Assembly: GCA_964658305.1 (NCBI GenBank) | Contig: OZ210885.1 | Coordinates: 13,020,001 to 13,084,000 of the forward strand | Direction of reading: 5' to 3' | Origin: Leptogorgia sarmentosa | Lineage: Eukaryota | DNA length: 64,000 nucleotides | Shown here: one piece after another, positions 38,201 through 53,200 of the stretch | Position numbering within the stretch: the first letter of the stretch is position 1 | Layout: the number at the start of each line of letters is the position of its first letter | Notes under the pieces: generated by a model | Told to the model about the DNA's origin: nothing | Seen by the model: only the letters and a program-made list of their open reading frames with translations | Databases searched by the model: none | Program-made: the position numbers and the translations under genes

Positions 38201-41200
38201 AGTTGATTTTGTTAATGCCGTTGGGATATTGAAGAGAATTTTACGCAAAAAAGAAATTCCAATGTGTCAGGATAAACTTGAAATACTCAAAATATGGCCG
38301 AACCGTCACGTACAATAGTCATAATCACGAATGAATTGTGCAAAGTAACATCATTCTTCTAGTTAGTTTTGCATATTATGTTAAAGCTCATTACCTCCGC
38401 AAGGAGGTTATGTAATCATCTTGGTTTGTCTGTGTGTATGCGTGTCTGTGTGTGTTGGTCTGTGAACACGATAACTTGAGAAATATCGAACATCTTGCAC
38501 AATTGTTTGCCATTGCACAAGGAAGAGATGATTACATTTTGGTTTAATTCGGCTGAGAATCAAGTAAAACATTTATGAAAAAACTGTCGTTGCTTTATTT
38601 TTTAAATATGAACGCGTAATGAAGTTAATTGATATTCTGGATGTGTTGTGTGAATTAGTATATTTACGGTACCAAATTTGGGTGAAAATTTATTAAGCCC
38701 CCACCATCTGCTTAGTCCCCTCTTCAGATAACCGCTCACCTGAATGCAGGCAAACGAAAATAATCCCCCAAGGGGCTAAATAGAGGAAATACGGTAGTCT
38801 TTCTTGAAGCTGCTCGAATAGTTAAATTCGCAATACATACGTGTTTAATTGGATTTTATACAAAACAAACTTCCTTCTCGCTTATAAAAAATAAATAGGA
38901 AATACGCAGTCGTAATCAACGTTTAATTTGGGCCGCAAAGTTCTAAAAGTTTGTTGGAGTCATTTCTTAAATCTATGATATTATAAGTGTTAAAACGAAG
39001 TTTAACTTCTGAAAAGTCTAAAGTTTTTTCCTGAGGAAAGATTAGAGTACCCCAATTTATAGTTGCTATTTCTACCTATATCCATACTATGTACTGTAAA
39101 GTTGCGGAAAAGTTTAATAAAAGATCGTAAGAACTCATCGCAATTGCTCAAAACCAGAGTGTAACAGTACTGAACAGTACGTACACTGTAGCATGTACCG
39201 CAATGGGAAATTTTTATTGCTGCATTACATCATTATTAGTTTGCACATGTATTCATATTTATGTTTGGGAACATAACTGTGTTTAACTGCTTTTAACTGT
39301 TGCCTAACTGCTCTTTTCATGTCACTGAGTAGCTGTGATAATTGACTGATTAAATTCAATTATTATCACATTTATTCAAGCAACTAACCTACCAAGTTCT
39401 AACAGTACAGCACCATGTTTGTCACAACAATTATAAAACAGGTCAAACTATATAAATTTTGTCTGTTGGAATAAGAGGGTCTGAAGTCAACAAGGAACAA
39501 GATAAGTCAGACGACACCTGGCTATATATCTTGGCAATGGACAGTATATCTAAAACAGTATTACTTTACAAACAACATTCATGTTGGCTTCCATTTGTTA
39601 CTTTATCTATATAATTTTAGTACATTTGCCCAAATGTGCTAAAATATTTTGTAGGATTCCATCATTCACTAGCTTTTAAATGTTTTTTTTTCAAGATGCC
39701 GTCTTGCTGATGGCAAGTTGCAAATACAGGAATAAGGGGCTGTTTACATGAGCCCGGTTTGCCGGGCTGGCTCGCTTCAACGACGCGCCCGGCTTCATAC
39801 TAATTTCTTATTAAAAACAATTCGACTTTATATGCAAACCGGGCTAGCCCGCTTAGGTGGGATCTCACTTGACTCAAACGGGGCGCTCGGTCAACCGGGA
39901 TGAATTTTTTCCATGTAAAGCCATCAGCCCGGGTAGCCGGGCTAGCATAAAAACCTCATTTAACATGAAAACAATTGTAGAAATGAATATTTTTCTGCAT
40001 AATACGTTATTTCCTATGTCATTACTCTTGATAAAGTTGATTTTAGTAAAAGAATTGTCCAATGAATTGATGAATTGAGCGTTTGTGATAAAATTACGCC
40101 TGAGTGCGTTTTGCCGTCAAATCTCGCTTCTTAACTTTCAGCCCGGCTAACGTCTCGTCCCGGCAAACCGGGCTCATGTAAACAGCCCCTAAGTTTTTGT
40201 ATCTGCGAATTCGCAGATACTATGCTATGACCCAGAGGAGGTTGGACAGCTGTCACGTGAATTTCTCGACCAATCAAATCGCGTAATTTTGACATTGCTT
40301 TTGCGAGGATTTTGAACAAAATAATTTGCATAGCGCACAAATCTATTCAAATTTTCCGTATTTTTATTCAAGTTTGATGCTGGAATAGCTAGGATTCTGT
40401 GAAAGGAAGAGTTGAACTTCTGATATCTGGAATTTTAAGTCAGGTAAACGTTAATTACTGCTTCATTTTTATCATCAAATGTTCGAGGGTCATTTTAACA
40501 CGACTGCTAAATTATATTTCTGTTTACGATTTTTAAAATGGAAAATCTCGAATTCCCGTGGTTCGATTTCTTTGATTTTTATTCAACATGAGCACAAATG
40601 TATGAACTAAAAACCTACGGTTCTAACCCGAATTAACCCTCCGCGCGATAAAGAAATTTCACTTTGAATCGACATGACTCGGTTTGACATTTGCCAAAAA
40701 TGGTGCTTCGCCTTGTTACCAAGAAATATTATTTTGTTGAATAATTCGTGAAGTTAGTGGCGAGGTTTAAAGTTATTTATTACACAAGGTGTTCAATTAG
40801 TTTCACAGGAATATTTGAACATTTAAAACAATGTTTTCTTAGGCTTTATGTAGAGTATAATTTTGGGTTGTTACTTTCATGTTGCCTTTGACATGAGTTG
40901 TCGCCTCACGCAAGTTTTACCACCCAACCCTTATGTCGTGTTACAGCTAAATTATTATGGGTCTTTCACATGGTTAGTGTCCCCAAAAAGGCCTTTTTGA
41001 AACCATCTACTCATCCCTGGGCAACCTAATATTATTGCTATTCATGGGTGATGTATATTTTGGATCAGTTAGGAGTTCCTACACATAATCATTAGGGCTA
41101 CAGTTTTTTTATCTTCTGGTTATGCATAGAATGCTCAACTTATTATTGTTTGTGTTATTCATATATTGTTACTTATTCCAGGTGCATAATGTGTGGCAGC

Positions 41201-44200
41201 ATTAAGTGTAATGCTCTTTTCATTCACCTGTTGAACAACAGCTGATTCTGGGGGTTGTTCATGGCAAAGTGATCCCTCAACAGGGCCACCTGTTGCTTTA
41301 GCAGCTGAGTTGCTTTAGCAGTCCAGTTCAATCCAGCAGAAGAATTACCAGCAACTGATCCGAGCACAAAATGTACAAATATATGTACTGTAGAGATACA
41401 GATTGGGGTGATAGTAATTGGCCAAAGCTATTAATATTAATATTGTAATTACCCAATAACAAGTAATTGTTGTGTGTTGTTTGTCTTATTGTCGTGAAAT
41501 AGCGACAGAACATTATTACATTAGACGATAGAACTTATTAAGCACTGTTCTGTTCAGACACTATACCTACAAAGGTATCGAATTTCGCACCTTGACAACT
41601 TAAATCGCACAGTGACGCACACACGTCAAATTAATGCACAATCAGTAACAATCGCACCTATACTCGTAGTTTATTGGTCAGAACAATTCACTGAGGTTTT
41701 AGATTACACTCGCACTCTGAACACATCTACACGTTTATAATGTTTTGTGATTTGAATATAGTTGAACGGGCTCGCGTAATGAGAGCTACTATATGTAATT
41801 AAGAATATATGTTAGAAACTATTGTGTGATCGTCCGTCATTGCTCAGAACGTAATCTATTGAAAGAACCTCCGCTTACTGCTCTCGATTGTTGTTGAGAC
41901 GCAAACACACAACGCAAGAATACAAACGCATACGAACAAGAGGCAATCGAGACACTTATTATGAAAAATGTGACAACAACGGTAGATTCAACAAGTTAGA
42001 GACTTTTAGTACACAACCATGGATGACTCAGATTTCCCATTCCTATTATATAATTAGTCAAGTGCTCAAGATAATTACACAGTTTCATGAATTCATGAAT
42101 TTATTAACTTTATTCATACCACATATGTTACCTTGTTTATACCAAGTGTCTTGTGTAATGTTGTTTTTATTAAAAGCACATTTTCAAATTTGTACATGTA
42201 TATCCTGTTAGTGATTACAACATGGGTGGGGCAAACACTACTTAGTTTAGTAGAAATACAGTATACCCAACACATATGCTTGCCATTCAATAACTGTAGC
42301 TTGCTGTAGCATTTCCACTATATTTAGTTCCTTTTAACTGGTCATTGCCACCTTGCCCAAGTTCAAAATCAGCCAACCAATTTTATATGTCTAAGCAAAT
42401 TTCTTTCCACAAAATCACAACAGAAAATCTTTTTCTCAAAATTAGAATTCCTAAGTTACATGTGATCCAGATACATGCAATTCAGGAATATTATGTAAGC
42501 AATAGAATGAATAGATGAAATAATGAAATTCACTACCTGATCGTCTGATACAAAGGAAAATTTATACATAACTTGGAAAGTTAGAGTATCACAAGTAAAT
42601 TCTTTTTACATGCAATCGTAAATACTAAAATAAATAATAAATATATTAAAATAAATGCATTGTAGTTTAAATATTGATATACACTTTGATCATACATGGC
42701 GACTCGGCAATAAAGACGGTTACTAAGAAAGCCAGGCAATTTAAAAACGGTAGACTTGGAATAGTAAACAGCAACCATCGTAAGGATCACAACAATAAAG
42801 TTTTACCACGCTATATTCAAGAAGAATCGAAGTCAAACTCCAAACGCGTCCATTTATTAATTGGACCAGAGATGTTTACATCGCGACAGTCAAAGTATGA
42901 ATGAGGCCGCACGTGTAATTAGACGCTCATTGCCCATGATGCTTTGCGGTCTGCTGTCCAACCTCCTCTGGCTATGACCCTGTTAGCTGTTAGCTGTTAG
43001 ATGTTAGCTGTTAGCTTCTAGCCAATCAGCGACGAGCTTTTGCTTACAATGACGTAATGCAAGATGGCGGCCCTCAAGGAGTGAAGGCGATGTTTCTATG
43101 GGATTTTTGCGAAAATGTGAAGTGCAGTGTTTAAGTACGGCGCTTTAAGCAAACAATCTTGACTTTGCAGATCCCTGTCAATGTGCAGTTGTAATTTAAC
43201 AAAGCATTTGAAACGGCAGCGTGCTGTTTTATCGGCGTTTCGATTTGTAAATTGCTCTCGATCTATTGCGCAACAAGAAATGCGTACAGAGCATTGTACA
43301 GATGGCCCACTCATGAACGGTTTTGTCACAGCACGCTATATAAAAACTGGATACATTCTGTTGAAGTAGCCCAATCAGCAGCGAGATGCTTTTGTTGTTC
43401 CTGTTCGCAGGTTAAATCTAATCATATTCAAGATGGCGGTTCAAAATTGAAATAAGGCCAAAACGATATAATTAAATAATTTATTGACATTTACTTGTGA
43501 TATTAGGTAATCTCACGATATTCATTATAGTTTATATATTCATTATATTCATAGTTTTATGCATATTGGAGGCACAAAGAAAGTTTTTTTGCGAGGAATT
43601 TCCTCGTATTTTTCACGAAAGAGTCGAAGGAGGAAGGTGAGAAAAGCTGTATTTGATAAGACAGCACGGTGATTGAGGAAATCTGTTTGAGTATAGTTCT
43701 AGGTTTTAATCTTTTGTGCTAATATATCGTCTAGTTATTTAATAATATAAATCTAGGGATTAATGGTTAGCGTTAGCTTTGGGGTTCGATTAGTTTCATA
43801 TTTAGGGTTACCTTGACCTTTAGTTTAGGTTCATTTATTGTTTGCAAACCAATACTTTAGTGATAGATTTGGGGGATACATGTGCGCTTTGCGAACCTAT
43901 TTTTATTTAAAGTTGCAACATTTAATAGTAAAGGTTTGGATTCTGTTCTCCTTGTGCCCCCCCCCCCCCCACCCTCCTCCCCTACAAACTACAACTTGAT
44001 TCCTATGCCCTTGTTTCAGAGCTTGCTTCTATTTTTACGGCACACCATTGTTACTTACAAGAGGTCTCAACGCTAATAAAATATACAAGTCTTGCCAAGT
44101 CTTTTGAATCTACTTGTACAGTATCACAATTTATACATTAAGGTCTATGGCACAGGGTAATCAGTTGAAATATACACACAAGCAAATTGTCTCAAAGTAT

Positions 44201-47200
44201 TTTTAGAAAGCTATCATGCATAGATAAATCTAATAGCTATTTTAAAATACTCTTAGCATATACAAATACAACCAGCCTAAAAAATTTGAAAGTCCTAAAA
44301 TAGTGCTTGTACATGATAGCACTGGTTACCACCAGACTAACATTTAAGGAAAGACATTGCTTTCTTTCTAGGCATAATTTTTCATTTTACAATATTAGAA
44401 TGCTGAACGTATGTAACTTACAATAACAAAACAAGCAGGTATTTTTGGACCAGGAACTGGTCCCCAAACGCTGCTAATCCTCTTGTTGTTGTTGTTGTTA
44501 GGGGCTGATGCCTCTTTAAAAAACCCTAAGGCTCCGTCAACTCGCAAGAGACCGCCGTGAAACTTCACACAGCGATTCTAAGGGATATTCCCCATCGACT
44601 GACGGAGTTAGATTTTTGAGTTTTTGATTTTGAACAAATTTACAAGCGATTTTAAACTGTGCCGTACCGCCCCGTGATAATCGCAATTCACAATATTCAA
44701 AATTAGTTGCATAACTAAAGCAGGTTAAACCCACTAAGGCTCCGTCAGTTCGTATCACATCGCGACAATATTTTGCACAATTATTATCAGGGATATTCTC
44801 CATCGACTAACAAAGTTAGATTTATGATGTTCTAATCTGTAGGAGATTTAAAAGCAATTTTAGATTGTAGCGTAGAGTGCAAAATATAATCTTCATACCA
44901 TTAATATTCATAGATCTCATTTTGACCTGCGTGCATTACTGAAATAGATCAAAATATGTCAAAATGAGATCGTGCCATTTGCTTTGTTTCAGGACCAGTT
45001 CCTGGTCCAATAGTACAATCGTACTTGTTGCGCAATAATTGGGAAAATTTATTCCAAAACATGATATTCGCCTCAAATCCTTGCTTTACTGAACCATTGT
45101 GTTTTTAAAGGAAGTTTCTGATAAAGTTTATAATAAAGAATATGTTTTATCCGAAAGAAATAACAAATATAATTATGGAGAAACTGTATTAAAGTAAGAT
45201 CTTCAAAATGTTATGAAATATTAACTCATACAGTATTGCATACCTGTTGCGACAATATATATCACCCAATCTGTATGGCCAACCAAACTGGCCTCAAAAT
45301 TTAGTGTATCGGCTTTCCACAACTTGATAGTCTTGTCATCATATCCAACAGTAGCAATGAACTGTCCATCTTTGGTCGTACACAGCGACCTGACTCCTTC
45401 AGGAATACTTGTTGAGAGGTTTTCTCCGGTAGATACACAATACACTTTCAGCCCTACAACGCATGATGGATACTCGTCAGACTGATGTTTCAATAATGTC
45501 TAACCCTAGACGATTTTTTGAAATCTTGTTTTTAATTGTGTCCCTCTCCGGCGCTGAACATGCTCTGGCTGTTGCTGGCTTATGTTTTTACACTGCGTTT
45601 CACTGCGCTCTACACGACGTTTACAGTTAACCGCTGGTTTGAAGATACGCAGTCGCTGGAATCCTCAAACCAGCTGTGGCAATTATTGTTTGAATATGAA
45701 CAATTTGTACTTTTGGCGAAGGTTGAGAAGTGCTACTCAAACAGACGTATCTGCAGTGGCGACGCCAGCGGTCATGCAAGTCATGCAGTGCATGACTAAA
45801 AATTTCCCCAAAAATGTTTAAAAATATAAGATTGGTAAAATTATTCAGTATAGAATTATACTTTATCTTTGCACTTCTGCGCTGAAGTGTTTTATTCATC
45901 ATTTTTCTGTCCAAATCAATTGTCTTTGAGCGATATTTTCGCTAAGTGTTCTCGAATGTTATTGATTTCGGCTTTGTTACCATAACAACAGAGCGGTCAT
46001 GCAGATTTTACATGCATGACCGATTGCGCAAATAGCGCAAACGCATGGAAGACGATTGCGTGGATTTGCTGTGTGGTTTGCGTGGTGTGGTCATGCGTTT
46101 TCAAATTTCATGAGTAGCTGTATTATTTTATAGTAAGGTTAATTAGTTTCTGATTGGTTAGAGGCGATCGCGCACGCGCAATGCGGCTAATTTTGAAGGT
46201 TCGGTCATGCAATTTTCGATTTGCATGACTAACAGGCAGCCAACCCGAATACACAGCCTCTTTGCTCTCAGCCTGAATGAACATGTCTTCTCGTGGGCAA
46301 TCAAGCATGTCAAGCTGTTCTTCATTGCAAGTGAATGACAATCCGGAAAACGATGATGTTATTTGATGATAATATAATGTGGCCAACATGTTTGAATACG
46401 GTGATAAAACAATTAAGATGTTCTTTATATATCAGAACAGACTTAGACTTCACGAGGCTTCACTAAGCTTGGGTTGTTAATGTTTGCTTACACGACATGC
46501 CGGGGATTTACAGAATTTTCGATACTAAAAGAATTAAACCATATAGAGGCATACAAAACTAAATTTAACGTTGACCCGATACTGTGAATAAACTGGATAT
46601 ATTATTACGACGCAGAAGTAGCGTGCACTTTATGATTTAACTCATTTAAGATCATTTGTTCAGTACGCGTACGATTTGTATATAATTTTAAAAAGGTCAG
46701 AGGTCAGGTCAGAGATTTATTTGATTTGCTTTAACGCGCGCGCTGGGCCTGCTGCGATTTCCAGATTGCTGGAAATGGCGATTCTGGGGGTCTATATTTC
46801 AAAATTTTCCCGGGGGAGAACCCCCCCAGACCCCCCTAATTGTTGTGGGTCTTTTTCATGACCAAACGACAACGGCTGGCGTCGCCACTGCGTATCTGGT
46901 TTTCCCAGGAAATCATTTTACTACAGCTACGTTGTAAAACTGCTGTTCCTGGCATCAAACACAAAAAGAATTAGTGAACATGGTCCAATCACACGATACG
47001 ATGGCGTTTGTAAATTTCATAAAAACCCAATCTCTACCATAGCTACGTTGTTGTCAGTCATTGTATGCATTGTACAGGGCATCCATACCAGTGGTACTGT
47101 TGGTAAAACTTGATTACAGATCGCGAAAGTTACAACCGTGAAGCAAGGGCCATGTGTGGCAGTTGGGCTTCGCTTCAAAATAATGAAAATATATTTTGTT

Positions 47201-50200
47201 TTCAAATGTAGTCGATTATGTACAACAGCTTACACGTACGAGTTGAGATAAAATGCTTGAAATGTACGACGGATTACAAACGAGCTCTCTTTCTCTCCAA
47301 CACGTTTCCGGAAGTTGAAATACAAATTTTTAATTTTTTTTTCACTGAGTATATACCGCTTTTCGCTCCTACTTTCGCTCCCCCCTCCATAATTCCCACC
47401 CCCGGCGGGGGGCGAAATTCCTAGGAAATTTGCCCCCTTTAGGAAATTCGCCCCCTCTAGAAACTTCCTCCTTCCTTAAGGAAGACCTTTTTACCTATAC
47501 CCTTGTGAAAAGGTAGAAATATAAAATTTTCGGCGATTTTATGGGTACTACTCTGAAGAACTGAATATCAGTGGTTGCAGAGTTAAGATTGAACTAAGGG
47601 TTGAAAATATACATCTAATTAGTATTCTAGGTCACATTTTGCTGCGATGTATATTTCATTGGCTTAAAGTCAATACATTTTCCTTGTTTTGCAATTTATA
47701 TATATGAACATTGCTTAGACATAAAGAGTTTTTTACGCTGAATAAAAAGAGTGTATTTTTGTCCTTGTTGGGCGCGTAAAACCAGAGATACGGCAGCCAA
47801 TCACAGTCATAGGACGAATTCGACCTAAATTAATATGGTGTTGGAGAGAAAGAGCACTTTTTATTGAGTGGGAGTCAATCTAAAATGTATTAACGATTAT
47901 GCTGCACGAAACTGAGGAAATGCTTCTGAATTTCACATATTCGCTTCGAAGCACAAGTTGAATACATACAGTGAATATTTAACTCACTGTGATGACTGCA
48001 TCGCTATTTAGAGTGTACTCAAATATGAAACGTTTACGTGAAACCCAAGAACTGAAACGATATGCATCAATCCGCTTCATAAACGTTCTTGTATTAAAAT
48101 GTGAAGCCAATTTTTTTAGTAAATAGCGATGTACACAGTGGCGTAACTACTAGGGGCCCAACCTGGCCGGGCGCCCTGGGAAGAGGTTTCTTCAGGGCTA
48201 ATGTGAAATTCAAATAATTTTATTGAAACTGAAGATGCAAAAACGTTTGAAGTCAACGAAACGTTTGATATCATTCAGTAGCTGAAACAGTTTTGTTGCC
48301 TTTTAAGTTGTGCTTGGATGTTGACAGTATATTAATTGTTGTATATTACAGTCGAACTTTTACTGTTGTCGCTTTTTCTGCTTTATAGGAACTTATTTTA
48401 GTGTGCTTCTTTTTATGGAACGTTTTTACCTTTTGGGTATAATTGAAGCAGAAGAGATGTTAAATAGCTATAATATGTTCGATAACAAATAGCAGAATTA
48501 AAATGCATATCATATGCAGAATTCAGGAGAATATTTCGTAGAGTTAGCATAGTACAAATGTGAAGCTAAGAGATATAATTAAGAGGCCATCCACAACAGT
48601 TCAACCGAGGGCCGACACTGGAGATTTTCGCCGCTGAATTTGCAACGTAAAACAAACATTTTGTGAACGTACTTTCAAGTATTTTTATTTGAAGAAAAAA
48701 TAATTATTTTAATTTAATAAAAGTATTATATTAATATATAATATATATAATATATAAATATATAAATATTTAATTTGGTACCGGCGGGGTAACATATTTC
48801 CGAAAGTATGATCATTTGTGGAGTTATTTGACAAACATAATATGAAAAAGATTTAATTTTTTCTCCAATGGCATCGTTGCTGGCGTTCCTTCAGAACCGT
48901 TGAATCTGTACACGTCAGCAAAATCTTATTTCTTATCGAAACTCGCGCACTTTAATACTAACTTTTAAGCAGAGCGGAAGTCGAGAAAACGTTTATGCAA
49001 ATTTTCGTTCACCTATTCTGAACAACATTTTGATATCCTTGTTTGGTTTGTGTTTAAGATGCTTACCATCGTCTGCTCCAATAAACACTCGCTGATCATC
49101 TGCAGTGAATTCCAGGGCAAAAACGTAACTCTCCCCTTGGAAGACAAAAAGCTGTTCATAACTGTTCATTCTCCAAAGGATTGTACTTCCGTCCCGCGAC
49201 CCTGACGCTAGTATTGTTCCACTTTGTGACACAGCCAAACACCTAACATAGTCAGAATGTCCCTGTAGTTGTTGAACTTCTCTACCTGTTTATAAAATAA
49301 GATAGCACGTATATAAAAGGGTGTAATAGGTAATTTTCACTCACATCGTTACTACATTGGGAGTATTTTTCAAAACATTGCGGCGTTAAAATAAATGATT
49401 GAGACATCAAGTAATTACATTAACTAACCCATCAGCTACACTCTGTTTACACCGCTAACTTCCATTTATACTATTACGTCCCTATAGCAACTTAAACAGC
49501 ATGTAAGCGATAGACAAACACCGAAACGATCTTCAATACTAAAAACAAAATAACTGTAATTTTGCGGAATTTACAGTAGCGTGTTTTACAGGCGTGTGTT
49601 TTCAGCCGTTGAACAAAGACCTCAACGGGTAGTACCCAATATTTCTCAATTGAGAACACGGGTAATGCCCACGCTGGACTATCGCCTAAGCTTGCTGATC
49701 GGCGTTTCAGTATTACTCTTGATATAGTTATATAGTGTTAGATATAAACCATTTTTCTATATACTAAGAATTTCCTTAATCCCAACCCAAACCCTAGAAT
49801 CCTAACCCTGACCATTGTGGTCAGAATAATATTGAGGAAAAAAAAGTTTTCATCACTAACGCTGAAAAAATGTGTCGAACCGGGGCTTGAACTATAGAAC
49901 TGCAACGCACGCCCCGCGCCTTACCACTTGAGCTAAATCGAGCTCGCTGTTCACCACTCTGGCCTGGCTAAATGCATATGATTATAGACCCGGGCAATCA
50001 CTGTTCATAATTTACCAGGCCAGGCTACTTAGACGATAGTCCAGCGTGGGCACTACCCATGTTCTCAATTGAGAAATATCGGGTACTACCCATTGAGGTC
50101 TTTGTTTAACGGGTGGTGTTTTCATTCGTTACTTCTTGGGATTTCATAAAAGTATGCCCTCATCTTTGTTGTGTAAGTCCATAGATATAGGTATCGAGCC

Positions 50201-53200
50201 AACTTGAACGCTTGGGCTGTCCCTGTTGCCTCGATAACTAAAGTGGTAGAGTAACGGTCAATGCCGAACAGTTTACTGAAACTTATAATATATTTACTAG
50301 TGTTTAAAATTTAGTGGCTGATGTTGGTTGTAGAACAGAAAGTAGATAATTGGAAAGCATGCATGAAGCTATAAACAGGAAATATTCTATACAGCGAATA
50401 CCAATGATTGCACAGGAATGTTGTCCTACTTGTATTTGTAATTACTGAACTTTCACATTTTAAAATTGGCAGATATCATTTATGCACACGATTTCTTAAT
50501 AATTGTATGTTTTATTGTATAGAAGAAATAATATGTCACTCTATCCGAATTGATTTTTATACTTTTATTAATATGTTGCAGACAAAAGCATTCCCTCCAG
50601 CCATTTGTGAGATTTTTTTATTTTTTACCCAGTAAGCATTGATCCTGTTCAAGAAATGACTGAATATTTTACTATATGGATGAACATGTCTCTTCAAGTA
50701 TCTAATCCAAATTTCAAACATCATCATATGACGACGACTACCGTACATGATTGGCTAATTTTCTAATGAATTATCAATTACTTTGAGTGTAAACCTTTGT
50801 TCCCTCACCCATATCAACTGCTTATTAACTATATTCTCATTTCAATGAATAACCAAGATCAAAGCTTTTGTTTAGCTAAAAAGGCATGTATGAATATGTT
50901 TAAAATACAATGGCAATATATACGCTATAATTCAATTTGTCTGTTTGCAAAACTGAAACTTTTCTCAGGGGCAGTGAGCTACAGGTCTAAAAATTTGGAT
51001 AATTATCCGTGTAACGAAATGAGATTTGGATGGCGTAATATAATTAATACTCACTTATTTGCGCGAAATAAGACGTGTGTATACAATGGTTTATTCTACA
51101 CTGCACCAATATGTTTTTTTTTTAATTTTATCAAACTGTAACTATCACCAGACGCTTCTGGCATTCCTAATAGAAAGACAACTGCATTGTGGATAAGTTC
51201 AAAAATGGTGTAATAGCAATTTTATAGCAGAGGATTAGGGATCTTAAGATCAACAACGTGACCAACTCGACGAGCTTTCCGAACAAACAAATTTTTATGC
51301 TGAACAAAAACCAAGCATAAATTGTGCTATCAACGGCTTTGTTGTTATCAACGCAACGTTAAGCCAAGTATTATAACGTCTTCAAAGCAACGTGAAGGCT
51401 GATTACAACGTGAGAGCTGTAACTTCAAGTTGACTACACAGCAACGATCGCATTGCTTTAGCTGAACCTGTGTAGCTGTTTCTTGAAAAAATTCCAACAT
51501 CTATTTAAAGCATAAAAAGGTCAGCACTCATTTTCAAGCTGAAATTTAGACCCCGTCGTCGAGTTTGTGGCGTTGTAGACCTTAAGGTCCCTACTATCAA
51601 TTATTGCCCGACGTCGCACCAAATGGTTACCATGGTTACCTACCTGTGTCAAGATCAAAGATTGTGATTGAACCATTCTCTAAACCACAAATTGCAAGGG
51701 TAGCGGATGAAGTATTGGACGTCGTTAATGAGCATACCATGGAATCAAGCGTTTTTCGAAAGATCTCAGGGCCGCCAAGATCTAAACATGAGAATTCCGG
51801 TAGAAGACGGCAAGTCTCCGTGCATGTTGCACGGAGTTGCTCTAATAGCGTCTTTATTCCCGGATACTCTTTATAAGATAACAGTCTGCCTGGAAAACAA
51901 AAATATACAACATTATATACGCACGTAACAAATTCAGAAAATTTAAAATAGCATGAAGATGAAGATGAATTAGATGAAGACAATTTTTGACCGGGAAAAA
52001 ATTAAAACTGAACAACTAACGGGCCTATCTGATTATACTATATATATCAATATATCTGTTTCCTGATTATTAACATAATAGGTTCATAAATTTATCATAT
52101 GAGTTCTTTTCCAATTTCTAAAGGAAGTTTTTGATTGTTTTAACAAAATGTTCGTTCCCTTTCAGTGACTTTCATATAAAGGGGACATAAAGTAATATCA
52201 AAGTTTGAAACTGAGCCACTGAAAAAAACGTTTTTGAAAGCTTTGCAATTGTTGAAATGATGTTGTGATCATCGGTGGCTGACAGTTCATAGTTGAAGTA
52301 CAGATGAAATACTGCATAACAGGTAGCCTCATAGCTTTTATATACTGCTGTTCTGATTGACTTAGCTTCTGGGAAAATTCAACAAAATTAATGTCATGGT
52401 TTCATGGAAGTGATCCGCGTAAATTTCTTAAAACTCCAAATCCTTCATTCAAATTTATTAACATGTTGACACAACTTTCTGATTTTAAATTTTAACTTTA
52501 ATATCATTTTAGTCAATTTCATGGACGCTGATTGGCTAAAAAGCTTCAACAACTGTGCGAATTAAACATTAATTACACAGGTGTGTAATTACGTTTACAA
52601 ATAGCACGGTTTCTAGCCCGCGATACATTATAAAAACAAATAAATAAACGCTTATCAACGCTAAAATTCTTATTTTTTTGTCATTTATTGTCAACTTTCG
52701 ACAAAAAAGTTTAGTGAACGTGTACTACAATGATATTAATACCAAATTACACTTGTTCTCGAAGTATTAATGAAAACACAAGGGTTTTTATATTAGTGAA
52801 TATATGGAAACCATGCAAGTAAAAACCAATCGGATGGATTTGACCCACCAGTTTTCGAAAGAAATGTGGAATCTTATCGTGTAGGAAGTGGGAAGTGAAA
52901 CAAAATTTAGCAAAAAAATAAAGTAATTACCTAAAAGCTGTGGACCAATAGAACGCAAATTCTTCTCGATAACCGTCGAAGACAGCATCAGCGACGACTT
53001 GAGCAGTTCGATTTCTTTCGAGGGAGGGTCCAGAAAACGAAAATCTGATATTAAGGAGGGGAGGTCGAATCGATTCACCTTTCCATAAAGCCAGTTAAAA
53101 TTGAAGAACAGTTTATGTAGTTCATCAAATTGTTCAGAGGAGTGGAGGTGATAGGTCAGGTACTTGAAATAATAATCCTTGTTGCCTTCAAATTTTCCCC

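Noticed and set aside
49780..49812. CCCTAA-like motifs as interstitial telomere
   Set aside because: Few, degenerate units inside a MITE.
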